A stretch of 64,000 nt of DNA from the NCBI GenBank assembly GCA_905178155.1, contig CAJINV010000007.1:404020-468019 (forward strand), given 5' to 3'. Under the pieces are notes generated by a model, which was not told where the DNA came from, made no database searches, and saw only the letters and a list, made by a program, of their open reading frames with translations. The position numbers and the translations under genes are program-made. Shown piece by piece: positions 1-11,800 of this stretch. The DNA comes from Amoebophrya sp. A120. Its lineage: Eukaryota > Protista > Dinoflagellata. Within the stretch, counting starts at the first letter, position 1, and each line of letters begins with the position of its first letter.

Positions 1-98
1 GTGCGTGTGCGTGTGCGTGTGCGTGTGCGTGTGCGTGTGCGTGTGCGTGTGCGTGTGCGTGTGCGTGTGCGTGTGCGTGTGCGTGTGCGTGTGCGTGC
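1..98. repeat. (GTGCGT)n microsatellite, truncated by the window start; degenerate GT/CA-rich extension to about 290
   Basis: Directly visible perfect hexamer array. Confidence 0.97.
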
Positions 99-330
99 GC
101 ACGCACGTGCCGGCACACGCGCGCCACACTTGTGCACGTACGAGGTGCAAGTGCGTGCGCGTGTGCGAGGGCGGCGTGCAAGTCCAAGTGATGTGCGACG
201 TGCGTGTGCGAGTGCGCCATCCAGCTGCGCCGTGCGTGTGCGAGTCAAATGCGCACATTTTGCCCTTGCACTCGCACACGCACACGCACCAGTCTCACAG
301 CTGACGATGTTTTGCAAGTGGAAAATTCAA

Positions 331-2152
331 TATAGTTGGGGCTGAGTCCGTTACGGCTCGTTCCGGCTCGTTTGACCGTAACGAACGAACTTTCGTTCGT
401 TCGTTATGGTTCGTTGCGGTTCGTTTCACCGTAACGAACGAACGAACGAGTCCGTTTGTGTCATCAGAACGAACAAACGAACGAACGAACGAACGCACTG
501 GCTTTGCCATCCAAACGAACGAACGAACGAACGAACGAGCGAATGCGTGTTCGTTCGTTCGTTCGTTTCACCGTAACGAACGAACGAACGAACGAACGAA
601 CGAAGTAGCTTCGCAGGTTCGCTAACGACCAAACGAACGAACGAGCGCACTTCGTGAGCTCGTTATGGTTCGTTTCACCGTAACGAACGAACGAACAAGT
701 CCGGTTCAGGCAGCCACGCAAACGAACGAACGAACGAACGAAGGGCTTTGCGTTCGTTCGTTCGTTCGTTCGTTATGGTTCGTTTTACCGTAACGAACGA
801 ACGAACGAAGTGGCTTCGCGGGTCCGCTAACGACCAAACGAACGAACGAACGCAATTTCGTGAGCTCGTTATGGTTCGTTTGCCCGTAACGAACGAGCGA
901 ACGAACGAACGAACGTGCCAAACAGTATGGCAATAGAACGAGCGCGTGAGGCAGAGCAAAAGCTGAAAGGAACAAAATGCAGAGTGCCGTCGGGGGGAAT
1001 ATTCCGCGCGACGGTACTCTGCATCTTGCGTGAGCGTGATTCACGAGAGGGACCCTGAGACCCTGAACAGACCGCGATCTGCCTACCCGTGCCAGACACG
1101 GAGAAAACGAAAATCCAAAAGGACGAAATGAAGGCCCCAACGATCACGAAGGGGGAAGTCCGCGCTGCCTGGCTGCAGGGCACATCGGGGCGCCACCCCA
1201 GCGGCTCGACATCCACTACCCATGACCGTCAGCTGCGCAACGTGCGCCTTTTGAGGCAGAGCAAAAGCTGAAAGGAACAAAATGCAGAGTACCGTCGGGG
1301 GGAATATTCCGCGCGACGGTGCTCTGCATTTTGCGTGAGCGTGATTCACGAGAGAGACCCTGAGGCCCTGAACCGACCGCGATCTGCCCACCCGTGCCAG
1401 ACACGGAGAAAACGAAAATCGAAAAAGGACGAAATGATGGCCCCAACGATCACGAAGGAGGAAGTCCGCGCTGCCTGGCTGCAGGGCACATCGGGGGGGG
1501 CGCCACCCCAGCGGCTCGACATCCACTACCCATGACCGTCAGCTGCGCAACGTGCGCCAAGAAAAGGCAGCGACCTTGACGCACCCAGGGGCCGCCCGCG
1601 TGGAGGACACGCATACAGAACTTTTGGCCCCCGCACTGCCGAGCCGGACCGGCTCACTCGGATCGATGCACCGGGCTCTGCCTAGAAGAACACGAGCAAG
1701 CGCACGCCCTTGCCGTAATCGCACGGACGTCCAGGGCTCCGCTCGGACTCGCCGCTTGGACCGCAGAGACGAGCATAGCGCCGCATTTCTCTTTGACGAT
1801 CAACCGCCTGCCGGAAGATCTCACCGGACCTGTTCGCTAAAGAGAAAAGCACAAAGCCATCGCCGGATGTTCTTCGCCGTCTCGCGAAAGACGACGAGGG
1901 AGCTTTCACCTTTTGCAGTGTTCACGCACGGACGTCTTTTTCCGAAAATCGGACTCGTTCGTTACGGCGTTACGGCTCGTGACGAGCTCGTTCGTTACGG
2001 TGAAACGAACCGTAACGAACCGTAACGAACGAACGGGAATTTCGTTCGTTACGGTGAAACGAACCGTAACGAACCATAACGAACGAACGAAAGTTCGTTC
2101 GTTACGGTCAAACGAGCCGGAACGAGCCGTAACGGACTCAGCCCCGACTATA
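331..2152. mobile_element. Non-autonomous TIR element, about 1.8 kb, with (GAAC/GTTC)n subterminal arrays
   Basis: About 90-bp TIR: TATAGTTGGGGCTGAGTCCGTTACGGCTCG... at 331 and ...CGAGCCGTAACGGACTCAGCCCCGACTATA ending at 2152. No transposase ORF. Confidence 0.85.
947..1558. repeat. Tandem duplication of about 305 bp inside the TIR element (947-1248 and 1252-1558)
   Basis: Both copies run TGAGGCAGAGCAAAAGCTG...CGCAACGTGCGCC with high identity. Confidence 0.92.
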
Positions 2153-2485
2153 CTCGGAAAATTTTGGAAATAATTTGCTGAAAATGCAGAACTGCCTCGT
2201 GTTTCGGAAGAAATAGGAAAAAATTTGGTTAACATACCAGAATCTAAACGATTGCATCTAAACTTTCAGACCTAAACGAGGAGGCGTCGAAACGATCGCC
2301 CGCGGGTCTAAACTATCAACGCGACGTCGCGAGCCCTGCTGGGATTGCAGTCCGTCTGTGCTTTCTTGTTGTCGGAGACTGGCCGACAGAAGAGGGGCCG
2401 CGATGGTGGCGAGAAGCGAACAAAAGGAGGCAAAGGGGAAAAGAGTCGAGGAAGGGGATTTGCAGGGGGGCGGGCAGAAAACAGA

Positions 2486-2547
2486 GTCGTCGGCCAGGGC
2501 AGCCGCCGCCGGCCGGCCGGCCGGCGGCGGCTGCCCTGGCCGACGAC
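2486..2547. repeat. Perfect 62-bp GC-rich palindrome with no spacer
   Basis: GTCGTCGGCCAGGGCAGCCGCCGCCGGCCGG followed by its exact reverse complement. Confidence 0.95.
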
Positions 2548-2550
2548 AAG

Positions 2551-2591
2551 AAACCCCAAACCCCAAACCCTAGACCCAAAACCCAAACCCT
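2551..2591. repeat. Degenerate telomere-like repeats (AAACCCY)n
   Basis: aaacccc aaacccc aaaccct agaccc aaaaccc aaaccct, resembling (CCCTAAA)n. Confidence 0.55.
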
Positions 2592-3617
2592 TGAACCGTT
2601 TTCACTTTTGTATGCAAAGTTGAGAAGTTTAGAGATCTTTCCAAACGTTTACGCGTTTGGTCCAAACGTTTAGTTCCGGGGGTGCAGTTTAGATTCTGGT
2701 ATGTTAACCAAAAAATTTTCACAGTGAACAGCTCTGCTTCCCCGCCTTTTACTGATTTGAAACACGAGCGCAATCTGTATAATTTCACGAAAAAACTGTA
2801 AAATTTTTCTCCCCCAATATTTTTACGCAACGTCGGTATAGTACGACCAAATAGAAAATATGCAGCAACTGAATCATTATTACGTGATCGGCGCGTAGTT
2901 GTAGTGCCCGATGTAGAAATGTTTATCCGGTATCGTTGGTTGGTAGGTGTACTTGTGGTAATTCGCTTCTGGGATGCTCCAGCCCGGGTGCAGTTCGCCG
3001 CCACCGCCCGCGAAAAACCGTTTCGTACTCGAGCTGCTGCTCGTTGCTGCGTTGCATCCCACTTGCAGGTGCGGCAAATGAGAGCAACTAGTACCAGCAG
3101 AATAATTATAGCCCCCTTTTGCACTGATTTTTCCGGGCCCTCGCGTCAGATGTCGCAGCATGGTTTGTGGGAGTTTTTTTCCGCCGGATAAATAAGTCGA
3201 TGTGATAAAAACCATCTACATACTCATGGACCAAGAAAACGACAAGCAAATTACAGCCATTGAGTTTACTGCGCTAGTTGTGGCCATAAAGTCTTGTTAC
3301 GAAGAACAGGAGCCGGGGGCTCTGTTGAGCAGACGACCGAGGGTCATGCTGAAGAAGTGTAGTTGATGCAGTACACCAGCACGAAATTTCAAACCTCCTC
3401 CAACAAACGAATTGAGGTCTTGGGAAAAAAACACGGACTGAAGCGAACACACATATACAAGGACACAAAAACGGAAGCATAGAATGATTTTGATGCAGCG
3501 CGTAGTACTACTTCAGAACTTTCCCCGTACTACAGAAAGTTCATTTTCCAGGAGGTGCTCGTGAGGTGATACACGAAAACTTTTGATTTGAAGCGATAAA
3601 AATCTTCGGGACTATCT

Positions 3618-6600
3618 TCAGCTCGGCAACTTGCCGAACGGCCCGTCCACCTTCCGATCCCGCAGGGCGATATCAAAGTGAAAAAAGCCCCCTCCCCATA
3701 TTGAAACGGGAATTTCTGTTGCTGGATTTGTGTACACAAATCAGCGCTGTATTGCAGCAAGCGCTTGCAGGCATTTTTTAAGCCTGATTAGGTATGCAAA
3801 AGGCTAGCACTCAGGCACGACAGACAGCTTTGCAGTAAGCAAAAGCGCACGACAGCTTTGCTGCGGAATGCGCCACACGGCTACCATTTGCCTCATATGC
3901 AAGACAAAGCTGATTTGTGGTCACAAATCAGCATCACAAATTTCAACTGTGAGTATGGGGAGGGCGGATTTTTCCTCACGATAGGCGAAATCCGGTCCCC
4001 ACTGGCGCCAGCCCCCGCACTTCGACCGTTGCGGCCGGCCGCCGTGGTGCTTGCGCGTCTTGATTTGCGGAATAAAGGGGATCCACTTCTGCCGGTCTTT
4101 GTGGATTGCAAAAATGTCTGGGTCTGGAAGGTTGGAACTTGTAGTGCTAGCTTTCCATACCTAGACATCAACCTGTAATGCATATACCAACAAGAAAAGT
4201 CGCAGCCTCTTTTGTACATGCAAAAAGAACGCAGCTTCTCATGCGGATTGCCTATGAGAAAGCGTGCTGGAATAAAGTTGTCATGCTGGGTTGCATTCGG
4301 AACGGTTTCCATCGTCCACATTTTAGCATCACAAGTTTCCAGACATCCAGGGATATTTGCATTTGATAGTCTTTCAGGTATTGCAGTTTGTACCGCGCCT
4401 CCGTGACCAAGTCCGGGTATTTTGGCTGGATATGCAGTACAAAAGTATATGCACTCGTATTAATTGCGTTTATGCATTACAAATCTTTTTGTTGATGCAA
4501 ATCCGCATTACAAATTCAATTTGTACTGCTAAATCAATTTGTGATGCATTTATACGAGTGCGATACTTTTGCACAGGATACTGGAGCGCTTGGAAAATAT
4601 CCTGTAGCAACGTGCAGCCGTTGTTTTTTCCACTTTCTTCGTCCGAAGTTATACTTTTCGCAGTCTTCAGAAGCTTTCCACCTGAAGCTGAACAAGAGGA
4701 GCTGCTGCTAGAAGCTTGTATCGCCGACAGTGAGATCACCTCTTTTGGCCAGGGTTTCAACTTGACAAATTTCAGGTCGGGGAGGAAGTGCCTTTGCGTG
4801 TTCGGAACAGAGGACACAACCGGTGGTCTGTGAAGTAGATCTTCGTCGTGGTTCCACAACGTCATCTTATTCTCTTTCCCTACTTGCGTAGTTGTACTTG
4901 ATGTTCTGTGGCGCCTGTTCTTCACACACCACCTGACCAGGCTAGGGTCGCGACACTGGAAGCCGTACAGTTCGTTAGTTTGGTTTTCGCCAACACGACC
5001 ATTCCGGTTGTAGTTGACTCTGTCACTGCGAAGCTTGTTTGTTGTTGCCGAAAACGCAGTTGTGCTGCCTGCTGATGTTGTACTACTACCAAGATTCTGG
5101 AACTCCCACCGCTGCGCCGCCATGCTGTAACTCAAACAGGTTGAGGTGGCTGCTTGTTGCTGGTGATGTTCAGCAAATAAATCGTTTGACATAATTGTGC
5201 CAGCACTCCTTCCATCTCCGAGTGGTGAAAACGAACAGCTGCTCCGCACGAACGAGGGCGTCATTAACGGCTTGTCTAAGCCTTCAAAATCGTAGAAACC
5301 CGCGGGAGAAGCTGAAGCACCAGACAGAACTACATCATGATTTCTACACTTGTCCCGGAAAGTTGCGACGACACCGCTCTTTCTTCGTCTTCTCCCGCCT
5401 TTGGTCAGGAAGATTTGCAAGCATGGTAGTTTGTGGTACCGCAGGGCGAGCTATCAACTGCAAATATTTCTGGGTCTGGGAGATTGCGAGATTTGTCATG
5501 CTAGTCCGGCATGACTCTGAACTCTGTATTGCGTGCCCGCGAAGAGCTCCGCCTCCCTGTCATGCAAAGACGCAGGTGCTCATGCGGAATACGCAACAAA
5601 CTCAGAACCATGAGAAAAACTTGTCATGCTTGGCAGCGCATTACAGTGAGCCCACTATTCCCTTCCTTGCATCACAAGTTTCCAGACCCAGAAATACTTG
5701 CAGTGCATACGAGCTCGAGACAGTGTTGGTAGTTCGGTCTGGAAGATGTCGTGGCTCTACCTGTTTCCGTTTCGGGAGTCGGAATATTATATCCCCTTCT
5801 GTCAACATCTTCACGACTGGCACTTTTATCTACCACCCTCGACGTCGGAGGTGAAGAAGGTGAGAACAAGATCCGCAAACAGTATCAACTGTAAAAGTGT
5901 CGGGGTCTGGAAGATTCTGACAGTTGTCATGCACGTTTTGCATGAGCCATGATGTCTGTGATCCATACCCTAGCAATACAGATTTTTTGAGGGCTTCTCG
6001 ATGCCTATTCCGCATGACAAATGCCTTCTCAGCGTAGCAAAAATTGCATTCCCTTTGGTACTCACGCAATACAGATTTTTTTGGAATCCAAACGCAGCAT
6101 CACAAGTTGCATTCTTCCAGAACCAGACCCAGACACTTTTACATTTGATAAACAGTCGTGTTTTGCCATTTCCACCGCAAGCTGACTCTGTAATGAGAGG
6201 AAATGTTGCCGCCTTTCTATCTTGCTGGTGTGGCGTGCTGCTGCGGCAGATGAGAACCCCCCAGAATAGCAACCGCGTACACGTCGTGCGGAAGAAGTAG
6301 TCTTCATGCATTTTTCCCTCAGCTGTCGTTTCAACCATTCCATCCTCTCCCTCCCGTGCTCGAACGCCAAAAAGAGTCGCGCTCTCGCGAGTAAATCCAG
6401 GCATATGCATTGCAAAAGTATCGTACTAGTATGGATCGCATGACAAATTAGCTCAGCATTTTTACAAATGAAATTTGTGATGCTGTTTTACCTTAAGAAA
6501 AAGAGATTTGTCATGCATAAGTAACAGTAATTACTACGAATACGATTAGTACTTTTGCAGTTCATAAGGCACTTCGTGCTGCAATCCTCGTGGTACGAGT

Positions 6601-7686
6601 TTTGGAGAATTTGCAGCGTCTTCCTGATTTTCTGAACGTGCTCTTCCTCTTGCTGTGAAGCAATAGAAGAAGTACAACTGCTCGTCGCATCGTGCAGCTG
6701 CGTCCTCAGTCGCAGCACCAGCGCCTGGAAGGTACTAGATATCAAATGTAAAAATGTCTGGGTCTGGAAGAGTCATCCTGTTTGTGCATGACACAGAAGG
6801 TCTGGCATGGAAGCTGTAGCATCACAGGTTTCGAGAAGCTTCCGCAATGCCGAATCCGCATGACAAATCCCCCATTTTGGTGACAGAAAGTGGGTAGCTT
6901 TTGCTACATATGCATGAGAGATTTTTCTGTGTTTTGAAATGCGCATCACAAGTTTGCATTCTTCCAGACCCAGACATTTTTGCAGTTCATACTAGACGGA
7001 GGAGAACTACGAGAAGGTGTTGACCCAGCATATAACCCGCTCAGGTGTTACAATCTCACACGTTACAATAGAATATGGAAATCTGTGATGCAAGAGTGCA
7101 TGATCTACTGTAGTCCCATAGGTTTACGCATGACAAGTTTCGGAGCTCCAAAACGCACTATGTATAATCTGGCGAAACTTGTATTGCAGAAAGTTGAACG
7201 CCCTACGAGTCTGTCACGCTCATCATGCAAGACAAATCTCAGACTCTATTGTAACGTTTGAGATTGCAACGTTTGAGCAGGTCATACAACACCCCCAAAG
7301 CGTTTCTTCCGAGGACTAGCCAGCGCACCATGTTGGTCTGGCGCGAAGAAATTTTTCTTGGAGACGATCTTTGCTGCACCTACCCCGCCGAAGCCTGGGC
7401 CATCTTCGATCTTCCGCCCGCAAAGTTGTGCGTCGCTGCTTGCAAGTTCGACTTGAGGTTGTGTTGCAGAATTTATGTTCCGCGCGCTGGTAGTCAGGAT
7501 CGTACCTTTTATTTGCCGAGAAGACGCCTCGGAAGTAGATGCAGCAGGTGCACCTCCCGCGGTCAAACTTCGCGCAGAGGAAAAGCATCTGGAATTAATC
7601 CTTCTCGAATACCGCCTGCAAGGGAGTCGTGCAGATGCCCGTCTGGCTGTCCATGGGCGAAGTTGCAGACCAAGAGAGTTCTTCAT
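3618..7686 (-). CDS. Gene 1: hypothetical protein, about 699 aa, 9 exons; weak ankyrin-like segments
   Basis: Removing 8 elements plus one TSD each gives 2100 nt in one frame from ATG 7686 to TGA 3618. Junctions read STKCL|DLLAR, HDCL|RILF and CLEL|ALRYHKLPCLQIFL. Start codon uncertain. Confidence 0.78.
3671..3983. mobile_element. Introner, family C
   Basis: TIR TATCAAAGTGAAAAAAGCCCCCTCCCCATA; TSD GGCGA/GGCGA. Confidence 0.92.
4100..4368. mobile_element. Introner, family A
   Basis: TIR core TGCAAAAATGTCTGGGTCTGGAA; TSD GTCTT/GTCTT; begins TGT. Confidence 0.9.
4431..4580. mobile_element. Introner, family D
   Basis: TIR core CAAAAGTAT/ATACTTTTG; TSD CTGGA/CTGGA. Confidence 0.92.
5452..5709. 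mobile_element. Introner, family A
   Basis: Family A TIR; TSD CGAGC/CGAGC. Confidence 0.92.
5883..6150. mobile_element. Introner, family A
   Basis: Family A TIR; TSD AACAG/AACAG. Confidence 0.92.
6404..6566. mobile_element. Introner, family D
   Basis: TATGCATTGCAAAAGTA...TACTTTTGCAGTTCATA; TSD AGGCA/AGGCA. Confidence 0.92.
6740..6991. mobile_element. Introner, family A
   Basis: Family A TIR; TSD CTAGA/CTAGA. Confidence 0.92.
7031..7286. mobile_element. Introner, family H
   Basis: TATAACCCGCTCAG...TGAGCAGGTCATA; TSD CAGCA/CAACA; related to 31570-31840. Confidence 0.88.
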
Positions 7687-8877
7687 TCTCGAAGACAGAT
7701 AAACTTTATTTCTTCACTCGTTATCTGTAATAAAGTTCTTACAGAGCCAAAAAAACTCTCCTGCTGGTCGTGATCGGCGCTCTTTCAAAATGACTGGCGA
7801 ATCATCCGTTCTCCGCGGGGTCGTGGTAGGAGTACACAGTAAACAAATCGGATTCGTATATATTCGGAGACAGCCAGAGTAACATGCTTTTACGATCCTC
7901 TAGCCGCACCGAATCGGTGTGGTCCGAAGCCCAGCCGCAGCTTCTACCGCACTGCAGCTTGTTGCGACAAGCCCCGTGGGGGTCGCGTTCAAAGAAAGAC
8001 TGGACTCAGGTAGAAAACTCCTTCCAGGTCTTTTGAACACACGGCGACAATGGACCTCGCGGAGGGTTTCTTGCCTCTTCGCATCAATTACATCAATTCG
8101 GATGGATTCCATGACAAAATTTTGGCGCAAAGTTTAGGGTGACACAGGTTGATATAACGAAAAAGTTTTGCGCGGTTGATATGAAAAACCAGCTCAGAAA
8201 GACGTTGAGTTTGCGTATACACGAAACAAGTTATGTAAAGAGTAAATACAAGGAGTAAAGGATACTAGCGCACAACTACATGAGTACCGCTGTTTCTCGC
8301 GGACACATGGCAGGCGACGTTGTGCGGTCTCGTAAATTACCAAAAATTCGTTTAAAGTGTTGAAAATGGATAGTCACAAGTGTAGAAACAACATGAGAAC
8401 AAATAAAGAATAGGACGAGAAATGCTACAATATGCTCAAAAAGTAGACCTCTACCGATGCGCCGGCTGGATCAGGAACAAATAATAAATCTGACAATGCG
8501 ACAGTCATGAAATCTCAAAGGATAGCTGCCACTGGGTCATTTTCGAATAACTCAAGTCAGTGTCTGGCGCTGTGAACAGACAGTCCGCTCGTTGGTACAG
8601 TTACATTTCTGCAGTACGGAGTACTAAAATGTTCCGGTAAGTACTTATGTTGCTCTAGTACCCGAATGTTGAATGGACAAAACGAAACCTTCTAGTGGCG
8701 CCAAAGGGTATTTTCCGCCTGATTCTCACTCTAAGTGTACCTTCATCACACCGGAGTACTTTGTTCTCGAGTCCTAGACGATACAGAAAGTTGTGACAAG
8801 TCGAGCTGCAGTGCCAGTGTATGAATCAGAGATTGGAACCATTTCCTTCGGAGCAGTCCTCTACTACTACCTTTTTC

Positions 8878-11800
8878 TCACACGAACTCCTGCCTACCCC
8901 GGCGCGAGGACGAACCGCGGCTGCTCTTGCGCGCCACGTTTCCACTGGCTCGGTTGCCGCTGCTTTTCCGCGAACCAGATTTCATCTTCCGACTCGCGCG
9001 CACCGCCGCATATCAAAGTTAAAAAAGCCCTCTCCCCATATTGAAACGGAAATTTCTGTTGCTGGATATGCGTACACAAATCAGCGCTGTATTGCAGCAA
9101 GCGCTTCCAGGCATTTACTATGCCTGTTTAGGTATGCAAAAGGCTAGCACTCAGGCATGCCAGACAGCTTTGCAGTAGGCAAAAGCGCATGACAGCTTGG
9201 CTGTGGCATGCGCCACACGGCTCCCATTTACCTCATATGCAGTACAAAGCTGATTTGTGGTCACAAATCAGGATCACAAAGTTCCATTGTGAGTATGGGG
9301 AGGGGGGGATTTTTCCTTTTGATACCGAACCCACAACCGCCAGGCCCCCGGCCATGGGGTTTTCCAACCGGTCCACCGCTTTGTACACTGTGCGCTTCAC
9401 CATGGGCAGGTGACACGGGAAGCAGAAACCAATGTTGCTTACGCAACAGTAATATCAAATGCAAATATGTCTGGGTCTGGAAGATTCCTACATTTGTCAT
9501 GCGTGTCTGACATGCCTCAAGAATCTGTGATGCAGGGGCACGAAGCGGCCCTCTTATCTGTCATGCAAAAACGCAGTTTGCCATGCGGAACACGCAACCC
9601 ATAGGAGCCCCAAAAATTTGTCATGTTTGGCTCCGTATTGCAGTGGAACTCTCATTCACTTTTAGCATCACAAGTTTCCAGACCCAGACATATTTGCAAT
9701 GCATAAGTAATCCATGCTGCAGGTTTGCCAGTCGGACTTCTGCAGGTTCGGCACCTCGTTCGGGAGCATGAACTTCCAGTAGCAAAGATCCTGTGTAAAA
9801 AGGTCCCCATACCAGAGTCAGGATGGAAAATCTGTTTGGTTGTTTCGCATGACAAATTTGTCCTCGTAGTGTAATCCTGTTTAGCTAGAAGTTCAGCAGC
9901 ATCACAGATCTAGCATATCGTGCTATTTATAGCATCACAAATCCCAAAACACCACTAGAAAATGCTTCTCATGTGGCTTCGCATGAGAAACTTTTTTGGC
10001 ATGCAGATTTGCATGACAACTCTGGGGTGGGGACGTTTTTACACAGGATAGCAAAACACCACCGCGATGACACCACTGAGGACGTAGCCGAGAAACGCCA
10101 CCGTGTTGAAGAGTTCTCCCCACTCTTTTCGGGTGGTGCCCGCAAATGTCGTCGGGCAAGTTTCAGTAAATCGAGAATATGGAGGTCCATAATCCAACTC
10201 CGAGGAGCAGTCGTCCGTGGCGAGGTAAAAGATGAGAAAAAGGAGAGAGACGAACCAGGTCACAACCAACAGCGCCATGAGTCGAATCAGGGAAACCGTG
10301 TAGTCCGCGACAATGGTGCCGTTGCCATACACCACCAGCTCCATTGTATCCTTCACATCTGCTATCAAAATGAAAAATCCCGTCCCCCGACATCAAAAAA
10401 ATAATTTCTGACGCTGGATCTGCGCACACAAATCAGCTTTGTCTAGCAGTAGACGAGTGCATGCCCATATCGTGCCAATGTAGAGAGGTTTTTGCCTAGG
10501 CGCTTAGCGTGGGGGGCGTCTATGCTGCAAGCCTAACAGCATTACAAAGCGCCTGCATAATGGGGCGGAGCCTATACCATTGCTTTCTCGCAAGACAGAC
10601 GCGATCTGTGGTCACAAATAAGCATCATAAATTCTCTGAGACGTGCCTTTTAGATATGGGGACGAGGGGGGATTTTTCCTTACGATATCTGCCTGAAAAG
10701 AGTCATCCTCCATCGTCGCATTGTAGTTCTGGTAAGGCTTCTTCCCCGTTTGAAACACCAGCACACAGGGACAGCAAATGGGGAGGGCACAGAAGCCGTC
10801 CATCACGCAGGAACCAGCATCGCAGTACTGTTCGACACTGGCGTTTGTCTCTGGATCATAGTCAAAGCCGCAGCAGTATGACAGTGCACAACCCCCCCTC
10901 CCCCTCGTTTGTATGGCATGAACGGCAATACAAGCGCCGGCGAGAATGCATGTTTTGCATGACAAATTTGCGCCGGATTGTAGTGCTATCTGGGCTGCCA
11001 GAACTTGTCATGCAAACAGTGCTAAGAGGCACACCCTGAGTTGGGTATTTTGCATGACAAATGAGGGGAAGGGGGAGTTGTGCACATTCATAAGCAGTCG
11101 CCGGACCACAGGTTGAACGCGTTCAGGCAGCACATCCAGTAGACTTTGCCCTGGTCGCTTTTCGTCTCTGCGCCGGGGCTATCAACTGCAAAAATGTCTG
11201 GGTCCGGAAGATTTGAACTTGTCATGTTAAATCTAAATGATGCAAAAATCTGTGTTGCGTGAGTGCCAAAAGCTGTCCGCTTTTGACCAAGTTGAGAGGG
11301 AGTTTCTCACGCAGGAAAGGCATGATAAAGACCTCAAAGAATCTGTCATGCTGGGTCTCGCACTCCAGACCTCATGGGTCATGGAAAACCTGCATCGCAA
11401 ATCTTGCATTCTTCCAGACCCAGACATTTTTACATTTGATAGGGCCCTTTCAGGTACTCGCTTGTCCCGAGTGGCGCAATGTACGTTTGTCCACTCACAA
11501 TTTGCATCTCCACGGCCTCGCCCTCGGCCCTTCCCTGGTTTCCGCTCTTTTTTGCAACCACGAAATCCGCAGCCACCGGCTGCCCCACCAGCTGGCGGTA
11601 GGCCGCCCCGGACGAGCCGTCGTACTGGTAGATGCGGTAGGCGGGCTGACTGCCCATCTGTGGAATGTATCATTTGTAGAAACGTCCCCACACCAGAGTC
11701 AGGATGGGGAATCGGCTAGACAAATCCACAAGTTTCGGCTGTTTTGCATGACAAATTTGGATTCGTAGTGTAGTGCTGTTTGAGCTAGCTCAGCAGCATC

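Noticed and set aside
1-2235. ORFs such as (RV)n, (CV)n and (RSFV)n
   Set aside because: These are translations of microsatellites and transposon repeats.
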